Below are positions 28,078 to 37,048 of a stretch of DNA of 64,000 bases, piece after piece. Position 1 is the first letter of the stretch. Each line of letters opens with the position of its first letter. Origin of the DNA: Candidatus Latescibacterota bacterium (GTDB taxonomy: Bacteria > Krumholzibacteriota > Krumholzibacteriia > LZORAL124-64-63); NCBI GenBank assembly GCA_030658975.1, contig JAUSBL010000055.1, forward strand, positions 971 to 64,970, written 5' to 3'. The notes under the pieces were generated by a model. That model did no database searches and had not been told where the DNA came from. It worked only from the letters and a program-made list of their open reading frames with translations. Position numbers and translations under genes: made by a program.

Positions 28078-29463
28078 TCAGCAAGCGTCGCGCGTGCGGC
28101 GGGCCAGTTTCGACGCCAGGGCGAGTCCCTCCTCGACCGTCGCGATCGCGCCCTCGACCTGCGCCTCGTAACAGTCGTCGAGGATCGCCTTGAAGCCGGG
28201 ACCGGGTTCGAGTCCGAGCCCGAGCAGGTGGCGGCCGAGGATCAGCGGCTGCGGCGGCGAGACGCGGACGTCCAGCGCCGCGGCCCTTTCGAGCAGCCAG
28301 TCGCCGGCGGGGAAATCCGGCCCCGCGCCGTCGCCGCGGCCGAGCCGGTCGGCGCGGGCGACGCGCACCAGACGGTCGATCCGGCCCACCCGCTGCGCGA
28401 GGCGACGGATCGCGGCGTCGCCCGCCGCGGCGCGGTGCAGTTCCTGGGGCCGCGAGTGCTCGCGCACCAGCGGCACGACCTGCTCGACGAGGTCGCGCTG
28501 CGGCGTCAGCCGCGCCAGAAGTGCGCGGGTCGGCGCTTCGCCGGCCTCGAGGTGCCCGGGCGAGCGCAGCTGGCCCTTCTCCAGCCGGGTCGTGGCCGGC
28601 TTGCCCAGGTCGTGGCAGAGCACGGCCAGTCCGACGACCAGATCCTCGCGCTCGTCGCCCAGACGTCCGGCGGCGAACACGTCCAGGCAGAGGCCGGTGT
28701 GGATCCAGACGTCCCCCTCGGGATGCCAGGCGGGATCCTGCCCGCACCCGACGAGCGCCGCGAGTTCCGGGAAGAAGCGCAGCCAGCCGGTCTGCTGCAG
28801 GAACCCCAGACCGAGAGACGGGCGCACGCCCAGCAGCAGCAGCTTGCGCCATTCCTCGAAAATACGCTCGCGGGCGAGTCCCTCGAGGCCGAGAGAGCGG
28901 CAGGCCGCGACGGTCTGCGGGTCGGCGGCCAGTTCGAAGCGCGCGACCAGCTGCATGCCGCGCAGGACGCGCAGCGGGTCCTCGGCGAAGTGCTCCGAGA
29001 CGCGGCGCAGGACGCGCCGCTCCAGATCCCCGCGGCCGTTCACCGGATCGACGAGCTCGTCGGTGAGCGGGTCGAAGGCGATGGCGTTGACCGTGAAGTC
29101 GCGCCGCAGCGCGGCCTCCTGCGGCGTCAGGTCCGGGTCGGACTGCACGAGGAAGCCCCGGTGGCCGAGGCCGGCCTTCGACTCGCGACGCGGCAGCGAG
29201 ACGTCGACGGGCGCGCCGCGCAGCTTCAGCACGCCGAAGGCCCGACCCGTCCGGTCCAGGACGTGGCGCGCCGACAGCAGGGCTTCGAGACGATCCGGTC
29301 CGACCCCGTAGACCTCGAGGTCATGGTCCACGGGCGCGCGCCCCAGCAGCGAGTCGCGGACGCAGCCGCCCACCAGCAGGGCGCGGCCGCCCTGCCCGCG
29401 CACGGCGCGGCAGACGTCCAAGACGACGTCGCGCACACCCTGATCCACCGGCTGCCAGCGCAT
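28078..29463 (-). CDS. cca: CCA-adding tRNA nucleotidyltransferase with HD domain
   Basis: ATG 29463 in ORF 28078-29517. It contains LVGGCVRDSLLG, RRDFTVNAIA, LRVLRGMQLVARF and the HD motif VLCHDLGK. Confidence 0.8.
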   Translation of the reverse strand: MRWQPVDQGVRDVVLDVCRAVRGQGGRALLVGGCVRDSLLGRAPVDHDLEVYGVGPDRLEALLSARHVLDRTGRAFGVLKLRGAPVDVSLPRRESKAGLGHRGFLVQSDPDLTPQEAALRRDFTVNAIAFDPLTDELVDPVNGRGDLERRVLRRVSEHFAEDPLRVLRGMQLVARFELAADPQTVAACRSLGLEGLARERIFEEWRKLLLLGVRPSLGLGFLQQTGWLRFFPELAALVGCGQDPAWHPEGDVWIHTGLCLDVFAAGRLGDEREDLVVGLAVLCHDLGKPATTRLEKGQLRSPGHLEAGEAPTRALLARLTPQRDLVEQVVPLVREHSRPQELHRAAAGDAAIRRLAQRVGRIDRLVRVARADRLGRGDGAGPDFPAGDWLLERAAALDVRVSPPQPLILGRHLLGLGLEPGPGFKAILDDCYEAQVEGAIATVEEGLALASKLARRTRDAC

Positions 29464-29526
29464 GGACGTGTTCCTCCCTCGCGCCATCATCGCCGCAACG
29501 GCGGCGGCTGGCAACAACGCACGGCC

Positions 29527-29561
29527 GGAAAAGAGGAGGGGGCGGCCTCGCGACCGCCCCC
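29527..29561 (-). terminator. Intrinsic terminator after the 29588-30067 gene
   Basis: GGGGGCGG (29538-29545) / CCGCCCCC (29554-29561) stem. On the minus strand it is followed by UCCUCUUUUCC. Confidence 0.6.
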
Positions 29562-29587
29562 TGCCGGAAACTCCCGACGAATCGGGC

Positions 29588-30067
29588 CTAGTACATCGCT
29601 TTGACGCTGCCCCAGGCCGCGGTCGTCGTGGGCACGGCGCCGCAGCTCTGGATGATCGTCGCGGTGCCGCGCTCGGACGCGACGTACCAGTCGCCGTCGC
29701 CGGCGTACTGGTAGCGGTAGGTGTAGTGGTAGGCGCCCGCGGGCAGGTAGGTGGTCATCCACACCACGTACTCGTCGTTGTTGCCGGAGTCGATGTTGAA
29801 GACGGCGGGCAACCACAGCCAGCTGGCGTCCGGGGTCGAGCCGACGGGGCCGAAGCCCAGTTCGGCGGTGATGCCCGCGCCCTGGCCCGGGGAATCGGTC
29901 ACGCCGGACATCCACACCTGACCGAAGAACCCGGTGCCGGTGCAGGCCGGGTCGGTCGTCGTGAAGGGCCACTGCAGGTTGCCCCAGCCGATCGACGAGG
30001 CGGCGGCGCCGCCGGCCGCTGCGACGAGCGCCAGCGCCAGCAAGCTCAACGTTAACTTTTTGAACAT
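29588..30067 (-). CDS. Small secreted protein, function unknown (possibly carbohydrate-binding; weak)
   Basis: ATG 30067 gives MFKKLTLSLLALALVAAAGGAAA signal, then GWGNLQWPF... It is divergent from the GH31 gene across an AT-rich intergenic region. Confidence 0.5.
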   Translation of the reverse strand: MFKKLTLSLLALALVAAAGGAAASSIGWGNLQWPFTTTDPACTGTGFFGQVWMSGVTDSPGQGAGITAELGFGPVGSTPDASWLWLPAVFNIDSGNNDEYVVWMTTYLPAGAYHYTYRYQYAGDGDWYVASERGTATIIQSCGAVPTTTAAWGSVKAMY

Positions 30068-30285
30068 CGTGTCCCCCAATCGGAACGGGTGGTAGCGGGA
30101 GCAAGCGGGGCTCGTCTCGGAGCCCGTGATCCAATCTCTGGCTTCAATTACAGCATATTTTCATGAAACAGTCAAGAAATGTGTAAATTATGATATTATT
30201 TGCCATATAGAACACAAGGCCGCGGTTGGGACTGCTGGCTCCGGTAGCCTATACTGGCAACCACTTCTGCCCAGGGAGGAACCTC

Positions 30286-32463
30286 TTGCCAGCTCGTCGC
30301 CCCCCGTCGCACCCCCGGCTTTCGATCTCCCTCATCTTCGGCTGCCTGTGGTTGTTGCTGGCGCCGCTGCCGCTTCTCGCGCAGCAGGTCGCGGAACAGG
30401 TGGCCGAATCGCTCGGGCCCGGCATCGTCCGCTTCCACGCCGATGCGGCGGCCCGCGCCGCGGCCGCTCCCTCCCTGGCGATGATCGCGGCGCTGCCGGC
30501 GCCGGACGCCGCACCGACGGTGCGGCCCGAGTTCTACCGCGTCGAGGGTCGCGCGGCCGCGCGCATCGAGATCCCGGAGGGCACCGACCTCTACGGCACA
30601 GGCGAAGTCTTCGGTCCCCTGCGCCGCAACGGGACGCGCACGGTCTGCTGGAACCACGACGCCTACGCCTACGGCGCCGACACGCCGCACCTCTACCAGT
30701 CGCATCCCTGGGTGCTGGCGGTGCGGCCGGACGGCACCGCCTTCGGCGTGCTGGCCGACACGAGCTGGCGCACGCTCATCGACCTGACGTCGGGCATCCT
30801 GTTCGTGGCCAACGGTCCGCGCTTCCCGGTGGTGGTCGTCGACCGCGAGTCGCCGCAGGCGGTGCTGCGCGGGCTGGCCGAACTGTGCGGGACCATGGAC
30901 CTGCCGCCCCTGTGGTCCCTGGGCTACCACCAGTGCCGCTACTCCTACACGCCCGACGACCGCGTGCGCGAGATCGCCCGCGAGTTCCGCGCGCGCGACA
31001 TCCCCTGCGACGTCGTCTGGCTGGACATCGACTACATGGACGGCAACCGCTCCTTCACCTTCGACCCCGTCGCATTCCCCGACCCGGCCAGGCTCGACGC
31101 CGATCTCGACGCGCTGGGCTTCCACACCATCGCGATCATCGATCCGGGCATCAAGCGCGAGGAAGGCCACGCCGTCTTCGACTCGGGCGAAACCGTGGAC
31201 GCCTGGGTCCGCACCTACGACGGCGCGCCCTACGTCGGCCGCGTCTGGCCCGGCGACTGCGTCTGGCCCGACTTCACCAACCGCCGCGTGCGCTCCTGGT
31301 GGGGCGGCCTGTACGCGGACTTCCTCGCCACCGGGATCGACGGCGTCTGGAACGACATGAACGAGCCCGCGGTCTTCAACGTGGACAGCAAGACCATGCC
31401 CGAGGACAACATCCACCGCGCCGACGAGGAACTGGGCGGGACCGGGCCGCACGCCCGCTACCACAACGTCTACGGCATGCTCATGGCCCGCGCCACGCGC
31501 GAAGGGATGCTGGCCGCGCGCCCCGACCGGCGGCCCTTCGTGCTGACGCGCGCCAACTTCCTGGGCGGGCACCGCTACGCCGCGACCTGGACCGGCGACA
31601 ACGTGGCGTCGTGGCGGCACCTGGACGCCTCGCTCGCCATGGTCCTGAACCTCGGCCTGTCGGGTCAGCCCTTCTCCGGCCCGGACATCGGCGGCTTCGA
31701 GGGCAAGGGCAACGGCGCGCTGTTCGCCCGCTGGATGGGGTTCGGCGCGCTGCTGCCCTTCGCCCGCGGCCACACCGGCAAGGGCAACATCGACAAGGAA
31801 CCCTGGGCCTTCGGGCCGCAGGTCGAGGCCACCTGCCGCCGCGCCCTGCAGGGCCGGATGCGCCTGCTGCCGCATCTCTACACCCTGATGCGCGAGGCGG
31901 CGGTGACGGGACTGCCGGCGTGGCGGCCCCTGTTCTTCGCCGACCCCGCCGACCCCCGCCTGCGCGACGTCGACGACGCGGCCCTGATCGGCGACGACCT
32001 GATGATCGTCGTGAACACGTCCCCCGGCGCCGATGGCGCCGCCCCGGCGCTGCCCACGGGCGACTGGCGCGAAGTGACGCGGCACATTTTCGGCGAAGCC
32101 GACGATCCCGACCTGCCGCGCCTCTACCTGCGCGACGGCGCTGTCCTGGCGCTCGCCGCGCCGGCGCCGCACACCGGCGCCTCGGCGGGGCCGGTGACGC
32201 TGCTGGTCAACCCGGACCGCCAGGGCCGCGCCTCCTGCGTCGTGTACCGCGACGACGGCGAGGGCTTCGCCTACCGGGACGGCGGGTACGGGCTCTCCCG
32301 CATCACGGCCGTCGTGCGCGGCCCGCACGTCGACCTGTCGTGCCGCGCGCTGGAGGGATCGTGGCCGGCGTTGTCCGGCGCAGGGACGGTCGTCTTGCTC
32401 TCTGGCGGCGCGGAGGCTACCGTCGAGGCTGCCTGGCCGGGATCCTTCGACCTGCAGCCCTAG
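30286..32463 (+). CDS. Glycoside hydrolase family 31 alpha-glucosidase/xylosidase-like enzyme
   Basis: ORF 30226-32463. GIDGVWNDMNEP carries the GH31 nucleophile motif; DVVWLDIDYMD is also present. TTG 30286 with GGGAGGA SD 5 nt upstream is the likely start (LPARRPP... signal-like). Confidence 0.85.
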   Translation: MPARRPPSHPRLSISLIFGCLWLLLAPLPLLAQQVAEQVAESLGPGIVRFHADAAARAAAAPSLAMIAALPAPDAAPTVRPEFYRVEGRAAARIEIPEGTDLYGTGEVFGPLRRNGTRTVCWNHDAYAYGADTPHLYQSHPWVLAVRPDGTAFGVLADTSWRTLIDLTSGILFVANGPRFPVVVVDRESPQAVLRGLAELCGTMDLPPLWSLGYHQCRYSYTPDDRVREIAREFRARDIPCDVVWLDIDYMDGNRSFTFDPVAFPDPARLDADLDALGFHTIAIIDPGIKREEGHAVFDSGETVDAWVRTYDGAPYVGRVWPGDCVWPDFTNRRVRSWWGGLYADFLATGIDGVWNDMNEPAVFNVDSKTMPEDNIHRADEELGGTGPHARYHNVYGMLMARATREGMLAARPDRRPFVLTRANFLGGHRYAATWTGDNVASWRHLDASLAMVLNLGLSGQPFSGPDIGGFEGKGNGALFARWMGFGALLPFARGHTGKGNIDKEPWAFGPQVEATCRRALQGRMRLLPHLYTLMREAAVTGLPAWRPLFFADPADPRLRDVDDAALIGDDLMIVVNTSPGADGAAPALPTGDWREVTRHIFGEADDPDLPRLYLRDGAVLALAAPAPHTGASAGPVTLLVNPDRQGRASCVVYRDDGEGFAYRDGGYGLSRITAVVRGPHVDLSCRALEGSWPALSGAGTVVLLSGGAEATVEAAWPGSFDLQP

Positions 32464-32474
32464 GCGACGACGCC

Positions 32475-33398
32475 ATGACCGTCCTGAACATCGTCCTGCC
32501 CATCTTCCTGGTCATCGGCCTGGGCTATGCCCTGCGCCGGCTGCGTTTCGTCACGACGGCCGGCAACGCCGTCCTGACGCGGATGGTCTTCTACGTGGCC
32601 GCGCCGGTGCTGCTGGTGCGCGGCGCCGCCGGCACGGATCTGCGCAGCAGCCTCGACCCCCGCGTCCTGGGCGTCTTCATCGTCGTGAGCGTGCTGGTCG
32701 CGGCCGCGACGTACGCGCTCGCGTTCCGCTCCCGCGCTTCGCGGCGCGGCGTCTTCGCGCAGGGCGCGCACCGCAGCAACATGGTCTTCGTGGGCCTGCC
32801 GCTGGTCATGAACGCCTTCGGCAAGGAGGCCGTCGGCCAGGTCTCGGTGCTGGTGGGGGCGATGGTCGTGGTCTACAACGTGCTGTCGATCGTGGTGCTG
32901 ACCCTGCCCCACCACAGCGGCGGGCCGGGACGACACGTGGATCTGACGGGCATGCTGAAGCGCATCGCGGTCAACCCGCTGGCGCTGGGCAGCGCGACCG
33001 GGATCATCCTGTCGGCGACCGGCATCGGCATCCCGCACGCGCTCGGCGGCGCCATGGACCTCGTGGGCGCCACTGCCCTGCCCCTGGCTCTGGTGTCGGT
33101 CGGCGCGGGGCTGGACCTGGGCCGCCTGCGCCGCGAATTGCCGGGCGCCGCGACAACCAGCGCCCTGAAGCTCGGACTCTACCCCGCGCTCGTCTACGTC
33201 GGGCTGCGCGCCCTGGGTCTGGAGGGGATCGCCCTGCAGGCGCCGGTCCTGCTGGCCGCCACGCCCACCGCCGTGGTAAGCTACGTCATGGCCCAGGAGA
33301 TGCAGGGCGACGAACAGCTTGCAGGCGCCATGGTCATCGGCTCCACGCTGCTCTCGCTGCCGACGAGCATCCTGTGGCTGCTGTTGCTCGGCGTCTGA
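32475..33398 (+). CDS. AEC (auxin efflux carrier) family transporter
   Basis: ATG 32475 in ORF 30126-33398. MTVLNIVLPIFLVIGLGYALRR..., about 10 hydrophobic segments, 307 aa. Confidence 0.75.
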   Translation: MTVLNIVLPIFLVIGLGYALRRLRFVTTAGNAVLTRMVFYVAAPVLLVRGAAGTDLRSSLDPRVLGVFIVVSVLVAAATYALAFRSRASRRGVFAQGAHRSNMVFVGLPLVMNAFGKEAVGQVSVLVGAMVVVYNVLSIVVLTLPHHSGGPGRHVDLTGMLKRIAVNPLALGSATGIILSATGIGIPHALGGAMDLVGATALPLALVSVGAGLDLGRLRRELPGAATTSALKLGLYPALVYVGLRALGLEGIALQAPVLLAATPTAVVSYVMAQEMQGDEQLAGAMVIGSTLLSLPTSILWLLLLGV

Positions 33399-33435
33399 AC
33401 GCCGCCGCCGTGCGCGGCGGAGTGCAGGGGATGGC

Positions 33436-34839
33436 TTGGAGACCGGCCGCCGCGACTTCCTGAAGCTGATCGCCGCCGCGGCGGCCGCCGGCGCGCTGCC
33501 GGCGCGGGCCGGCTCTTCCACACCCGGCGCCGAGCCCACGCCCGCGCCGTCCCGCCCCGACATCCTGGTGATCCTGGCCGACGACCACCGCCACGACGCC
33601 CTCGGCTGCGCCGGCCACCCCTACGTGCGGACGCCCGCCCTGGACCGGGTCGCGGCCGGCGGCGTCCGCTTCACGAACGCCTGCGTGACGACGTCGCTGT
33701 GCAGCCCGTCGCGCGCCAGCTACCTGACCGGACGCTACCCCCACCAACACGGCATCTTCACGAACGCCGGCCGGCCGCTGAGATCCGGTATTCCCACCTA
33801 CCCCGAGCTGCTGCAGGCGGCGGGCTACGAGACGGCGTTCTGGGGCAAGTGGCACCTGGGCGCCTTTCCCCGCCCCCTCTCCCAGCCCGGGTTCGACCAC
33901 TGGACCGTGTTGCACGGTCAGGGCGCCTATGCGCCGAACGACATCGTCGTCGACGGGCAGGTCGTCCACGAGGACCGCTACGTCACCGATGCCCTGACCG
34001 CGCGGGCCCTGGAGTTCCTGGAGCGCCCCCATGAGAAGCCCCGGCTGATGGTGCTGAGCCACAAGGCGGCGCACGCGCCGTTCGTGCCGGCCGCTCGCCA
34101 CGCCGATCTCTACGCGGGCGAGAACCCCGATCTTTTCTGGGCCCCGGACGAGGACGTATCGCAGAAGCCGGTCGGCGCGGAACAGGCGCTTTACGGGTCT
34201 CATCGCGAAACGGTTCTGGACTACTACCGCTGCCTGGCGGCCGTCGACGAGAGCATGGCCGCCCTGGACGCCGCGCTGGAGAGGTCGGGGCGCTTCGACG
34301 ACACGCTGGTGATCTACACCAGCGACAACGGATTCCTGCTCGGCGAGCACGGCGGGCTCTGGGACAAGCGCCGCGCCTACGAGCCCGCCATCCGTGTGCC
34401 GCTGCTGGTACGGTGGCCGCGCGCGCTGCCGGGCGGCGGCCTCTGCAACGAGCTGGCCCTGAACATCGACCTTCTGCCGTCCCTGCTCGAGGCCGCCGGC
34501 GTGAAGTCGCCGCCCGGCGTGCAGGGACGTTCCTGGCTGCCGGTCGCCCGGGGCGCGCCCGGCCGCGACGCCTTCCTCTACGAGTACTTCCAGGACGAGG
34601 GACCGGTCGGTTCGCAGGTCGCCGTACGCACGAAGCGCTGGAAGTACATCGTGCCCCTCGACCGTCACGGCGGCCGCAACGCGCGCCGACCGGTGGAGCT
34701 CTACGATCTCGCCGCCGATCCCGGCGAACTGCGCAACCTCGCCGGCGACCCGGCGTTCGCGACGGCCCGGGACGAGATGGAGGCGGCTCTCGTGCGGCAG
34801 ATGGACGAGACGGGCTACGTCTTCAGCGGATCGCGATGA
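33436..34839 (+). CDS. Cys-type sulfatase with twin-arginine signal
   Basis: ORF 33319-34839. TTG 33436 gives LETGRRDFLKLIAAAAAAGALPARA (Tat motif). Also DILVILADDHRHD and CSPSRASYLTGRY (CxPxR formylglycine motif). Confidence 0.85.
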   Translation: METGRRDFLKLIAAAAAAGALPARAGSSTPGAEPTPAPSRPDILVILADDHRHDALGCAGHPYVRTPALDRVAAGGVRFTNACVTTSLCSPSRASYLTGRYPHQHGIFTNAGRPLRSGIPTYPELLQAAGYETAFWGKWHLGAFPRPLSQPGFDHWTVLHGQGAYAPNDIVVDGQVVHEDRYVTDALTARALEFLERPHEKPRLMVLSHKAAHAPFVPAARHADLYAGENPDLFWAPDEDVSQKPVGAEQALYGSHRETVLDYYRCLAAVDESMAALDAALERSGRFDDTLVIYTSDNGFLLGEHGGLWDKRRAYEPAIRVPLLVRWPRALPGGGLCNELALNIDLLPSLLEAAGVKSPPGVQGRSWLPVARGAPGRDAFLYEYFQDEGPVGSQVAVRTKRWKYIVPLDRHGGRNARRPVELYDLAADPGELRNLAGDPAFATARDEMEAALVRQMDETGYVFSGSR

Positions 34840-35963
34840 CGCCCGGCCCGCTCGCGCCGTCCCTGCTGCTCGTCAAGCCCGCCGGCGCCGACTGCAACTT
34901 CCGCTGCGACTACTGCTTCTACCTCGACGCCGACGCCCGTCGGGGCGCCTCCCGCCGGCGCATGAGCGACGAGGTCCTCGAGCGGATGATCGCCTCCTAC
35001 CTGGCGCTCGATCTGCCGGTCCACGCCTTCTGCTGGCAGGGCGGCGAGCCCACGCTGATGGGGCTCGACTTCTTCCGCCGCGTGACGGAACTGCAGGAGC
35101 GCCACGGACGGCCCGGCACGGTCATCGCCAACAGCCTGCAGACCAACGCCGCGCTCATCGACGACGCCTTCGCCGGCCACCTTGCCGACTACCGCTTCCT
35201 GGTGGGGTGCAGCCTCGACGGGCCGCCGCACCTGCACGACCGGCGGCGGCGGAGCGCGGGCGGCGGCGCGACCCACGACCTCGCCGTGGCCGGGTTGCGC
35301 CGTCTCCAGGCGCGCGGCGTGGCGGTCAACACCCTCTGCGTGGTCCACGACACGAACGTCGGCCACGCGCGCGAGGTCTTCGACCATCTCGTCGGCCTGG
35401 GCTTCGACCACCTGCAGTTCCTGCCCTGCGTCGAGTTCGGGCCCGACGGCGCGCCGCGGCCCTGGACGATCACGGGAACGCAGTGGGGGGAGTTCCTGAT
35501 CGGCATCTTCAAGGCGTGGCGCAACGCAGGGATGCCGGTCGCGGTGCGCAACCTCGACGCCGTGCTGCAGCGCCTGGTCGACGACCGGCCCGGTGACTGC
35601 ACGATGGACGACAGCTGCCGGCAGTACCTGGTCGTCGAGCATGACGGCGGCTACTATCCCTGCGACTTCCGTGCGACCCCGGCTTGGCGCCTGGGTGACG
35701 TGATGTCGATGAATCCGGCAGAGGCCATGGCTACGGCACGGATGCTGGAGTTCGGTGCGATCAAGACGCCGGCCTCGCCCGACTGCCCGCCATGCCGGCA
35801 CTTCGACGTCTGCCGCGGCGGCTGTCCCGCCCGGCGGAATCCGCGCGAAGCCGCGGGCAGGGAGTGGCTGTGCGCGGGGACGCTCGCCTTCCTCGACCAC
35901 GCGCGGGGATCCTTCGAGGAAATGGCGGACGGGATCCGCCGAGCGCATCGGGATCGCGCCTGA
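34836..35963 (+). CDS. Anaerobic sulfatase-maturating radical SAM enzyme (anSME, SPASM domain)
   Basis: ATG 34836 overlaps the sulfatase stop (ATGA). CNFRCDYC (CxxxCxxC); GGEPTL; C-terminal CPPCRHFDVCRGGCP. Confidence 0.85.
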   Translation: MTPGPLAPSLLLVKPAGADCNFRCDYCFYLDADARRGASRRRMSDEVLERMIASYLALDLPVHAFCWQGGEPTLMGLDFFRRVTELQERHGRPGTVIANSLQTNAALIDDAFAGHLADYRFLVGCSLDGPPHLHDRRRRSAGGGATHDLAVAGLRRLQARGVAVNTLCVVHDTNVGHAREVFDHLVGLGFDHLQFLPCVEFGPDGAPRPWTITGTQWGEFLIGIFKAWRNAGMPVAVRNLDAVLQRLVDDRPGDCTMDDSCRQYLVVEHDGGYYPCDFRATPAWRLGDVMSMNPAEAMATARMLEFGAIKTPASPDCPPCRHFDVCRGGCPARRNPREAAGREWLCAGTLAFLDHARGSFEEMADGIRRAHRDRA

Positions 35964-35965
35964 GG

Positions 35966-37048
35966 TCATGCCGCGCCCCCGTTCCACGGCAGCCCAGGAT
36001 CGAAGAAGTGCAACCCCTGCCCGAGCCGCGCCCCGATCGACGACGCCGGGTAGCGCGCCACCAGTTCCGGGTGGTCGAAGAACCCCGCCGGCCGCTTCTC
36101 CCCCCGCCCGACCATCTCGTAGCGGACATCCAGGGGCCGCTCCACGTTGGGAGCGTACGCCACACGCACCAGGCATTCCGACGCGCCCGACTGCACGGCC
36201 CTCACGGCCGCCTCGCGCGCCCCGTACGACCCGATCCGGTCGATGTGCGAGAGGTGCTTGCCGGACAGCGCCCCGCCGCCGATCGGGATGCGCGGGCCGT
36301 AGAAGTCCATGACGAGCTTGCGCCCGGTCTGGCCGTTGTCGCCGTTGCTGCCGGCCTGCACCAGCGGGCCGTTCGGGTTGATCATCAACTCGATCTCGTC
36401 CCAGCGGGCGCGCCAGCGCGGGTCGCGTTCCCTGGCCTCGCCGTAGGCCCGCGCGAGCACCTGCACGATCGCCTCGCAGACGTCCATGAACTTCGCGTCC
36501 GCACGCTGCTGCAGCGTGACCAGCAGGTGCTCCACGATCCAGCGCCCGCCCTCCTCGCGCAGGCGCAGCAGCAATTTGCCGTCGGGTCCCTGCCCGGCCA
36601 GCGGCCCGTCGGCGCAGGCCGCGGCCAATGCTTCGCGCAGCACGTGGCAGAGGTAGTGCTCGGGCGGCAGGTAACGCGTGTGCGCGTCGTAGCCGGCCCA
36701 ACCGAGCACCACGCTCTGGTCGTTGACCTTGCCCGTGAACCGCGCGGGGTCGTCGAGCACCTCGCACACGGCGCTGTGCACCGTGTAGCGGTTGGCGTCG
36801 ACGTGGTTGCCCGGCACGTAGCCGATCGCCAGGCCCGTTTCCACCACGATGTCCCGCAGCGGGCGCGCCAGGGGCCGGCGCGTGCAGACGCCGCCGGTGA
36901 GCCAGAGCTGGCAGGACCAGACGGCGACCTCGATCTGGGCGTAGGCGTCAGCATCGACGCCGACGCACTCGGCGACGATGGCGTCGGCGACCTGGTCGCA
37001 GTACTTGTCCGGGTGGCCGGGCAGGACGATCTCGCTGATGCGGATCAT
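35966..37048 (-). CDS. Divergent S-adenosylmethionine synthetase (MetK) paralogue, last gene of the MoxR cassette
   Basis: 360-aa ORF. It contains PGHPDKYCDQVADAI, NDQSVVLGWA, PDGKLLL, GDNGQTGRKLVMDFYG and GGGALSGKHLSHIDRIGSY, each paralleling a block of the canonical MetK at 40421-41578. AAGGAG SD; ATGA overlap with the upstream gene. Confidence 0.8.
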   Translation of the reverse strand: MIRISEIVLPGHPDKYCDQVADAIVAECVGVDADAYAQIEVAVWSCQLWLTGGVCTRRPLARPLRDIVVETGLAIGYVPGNHVDANRYTVHSAVCEVLDDPARFTGKVNDQSVVLGWAGYDAHTRYLPPEHYLCHVLREALAAACADGPLAGQGPDGKLLLRLREEGGRWIVEHLLVTLQQRADAKFMDVCEAIVQVLARAYGEARERDPRWRARWDEIELMINPNGPLVQAGSNGDNGQTGRKLVMDFYGPRIPIGGGALSGKHLSHIDRIGSYGAREAAVRAVQSGASECLVRVAYAPNVERPLDVRYEMVGRGEKRPAGFFDHPELVARYPASSIGARLGQGLHFFDPGLPWNGGAA

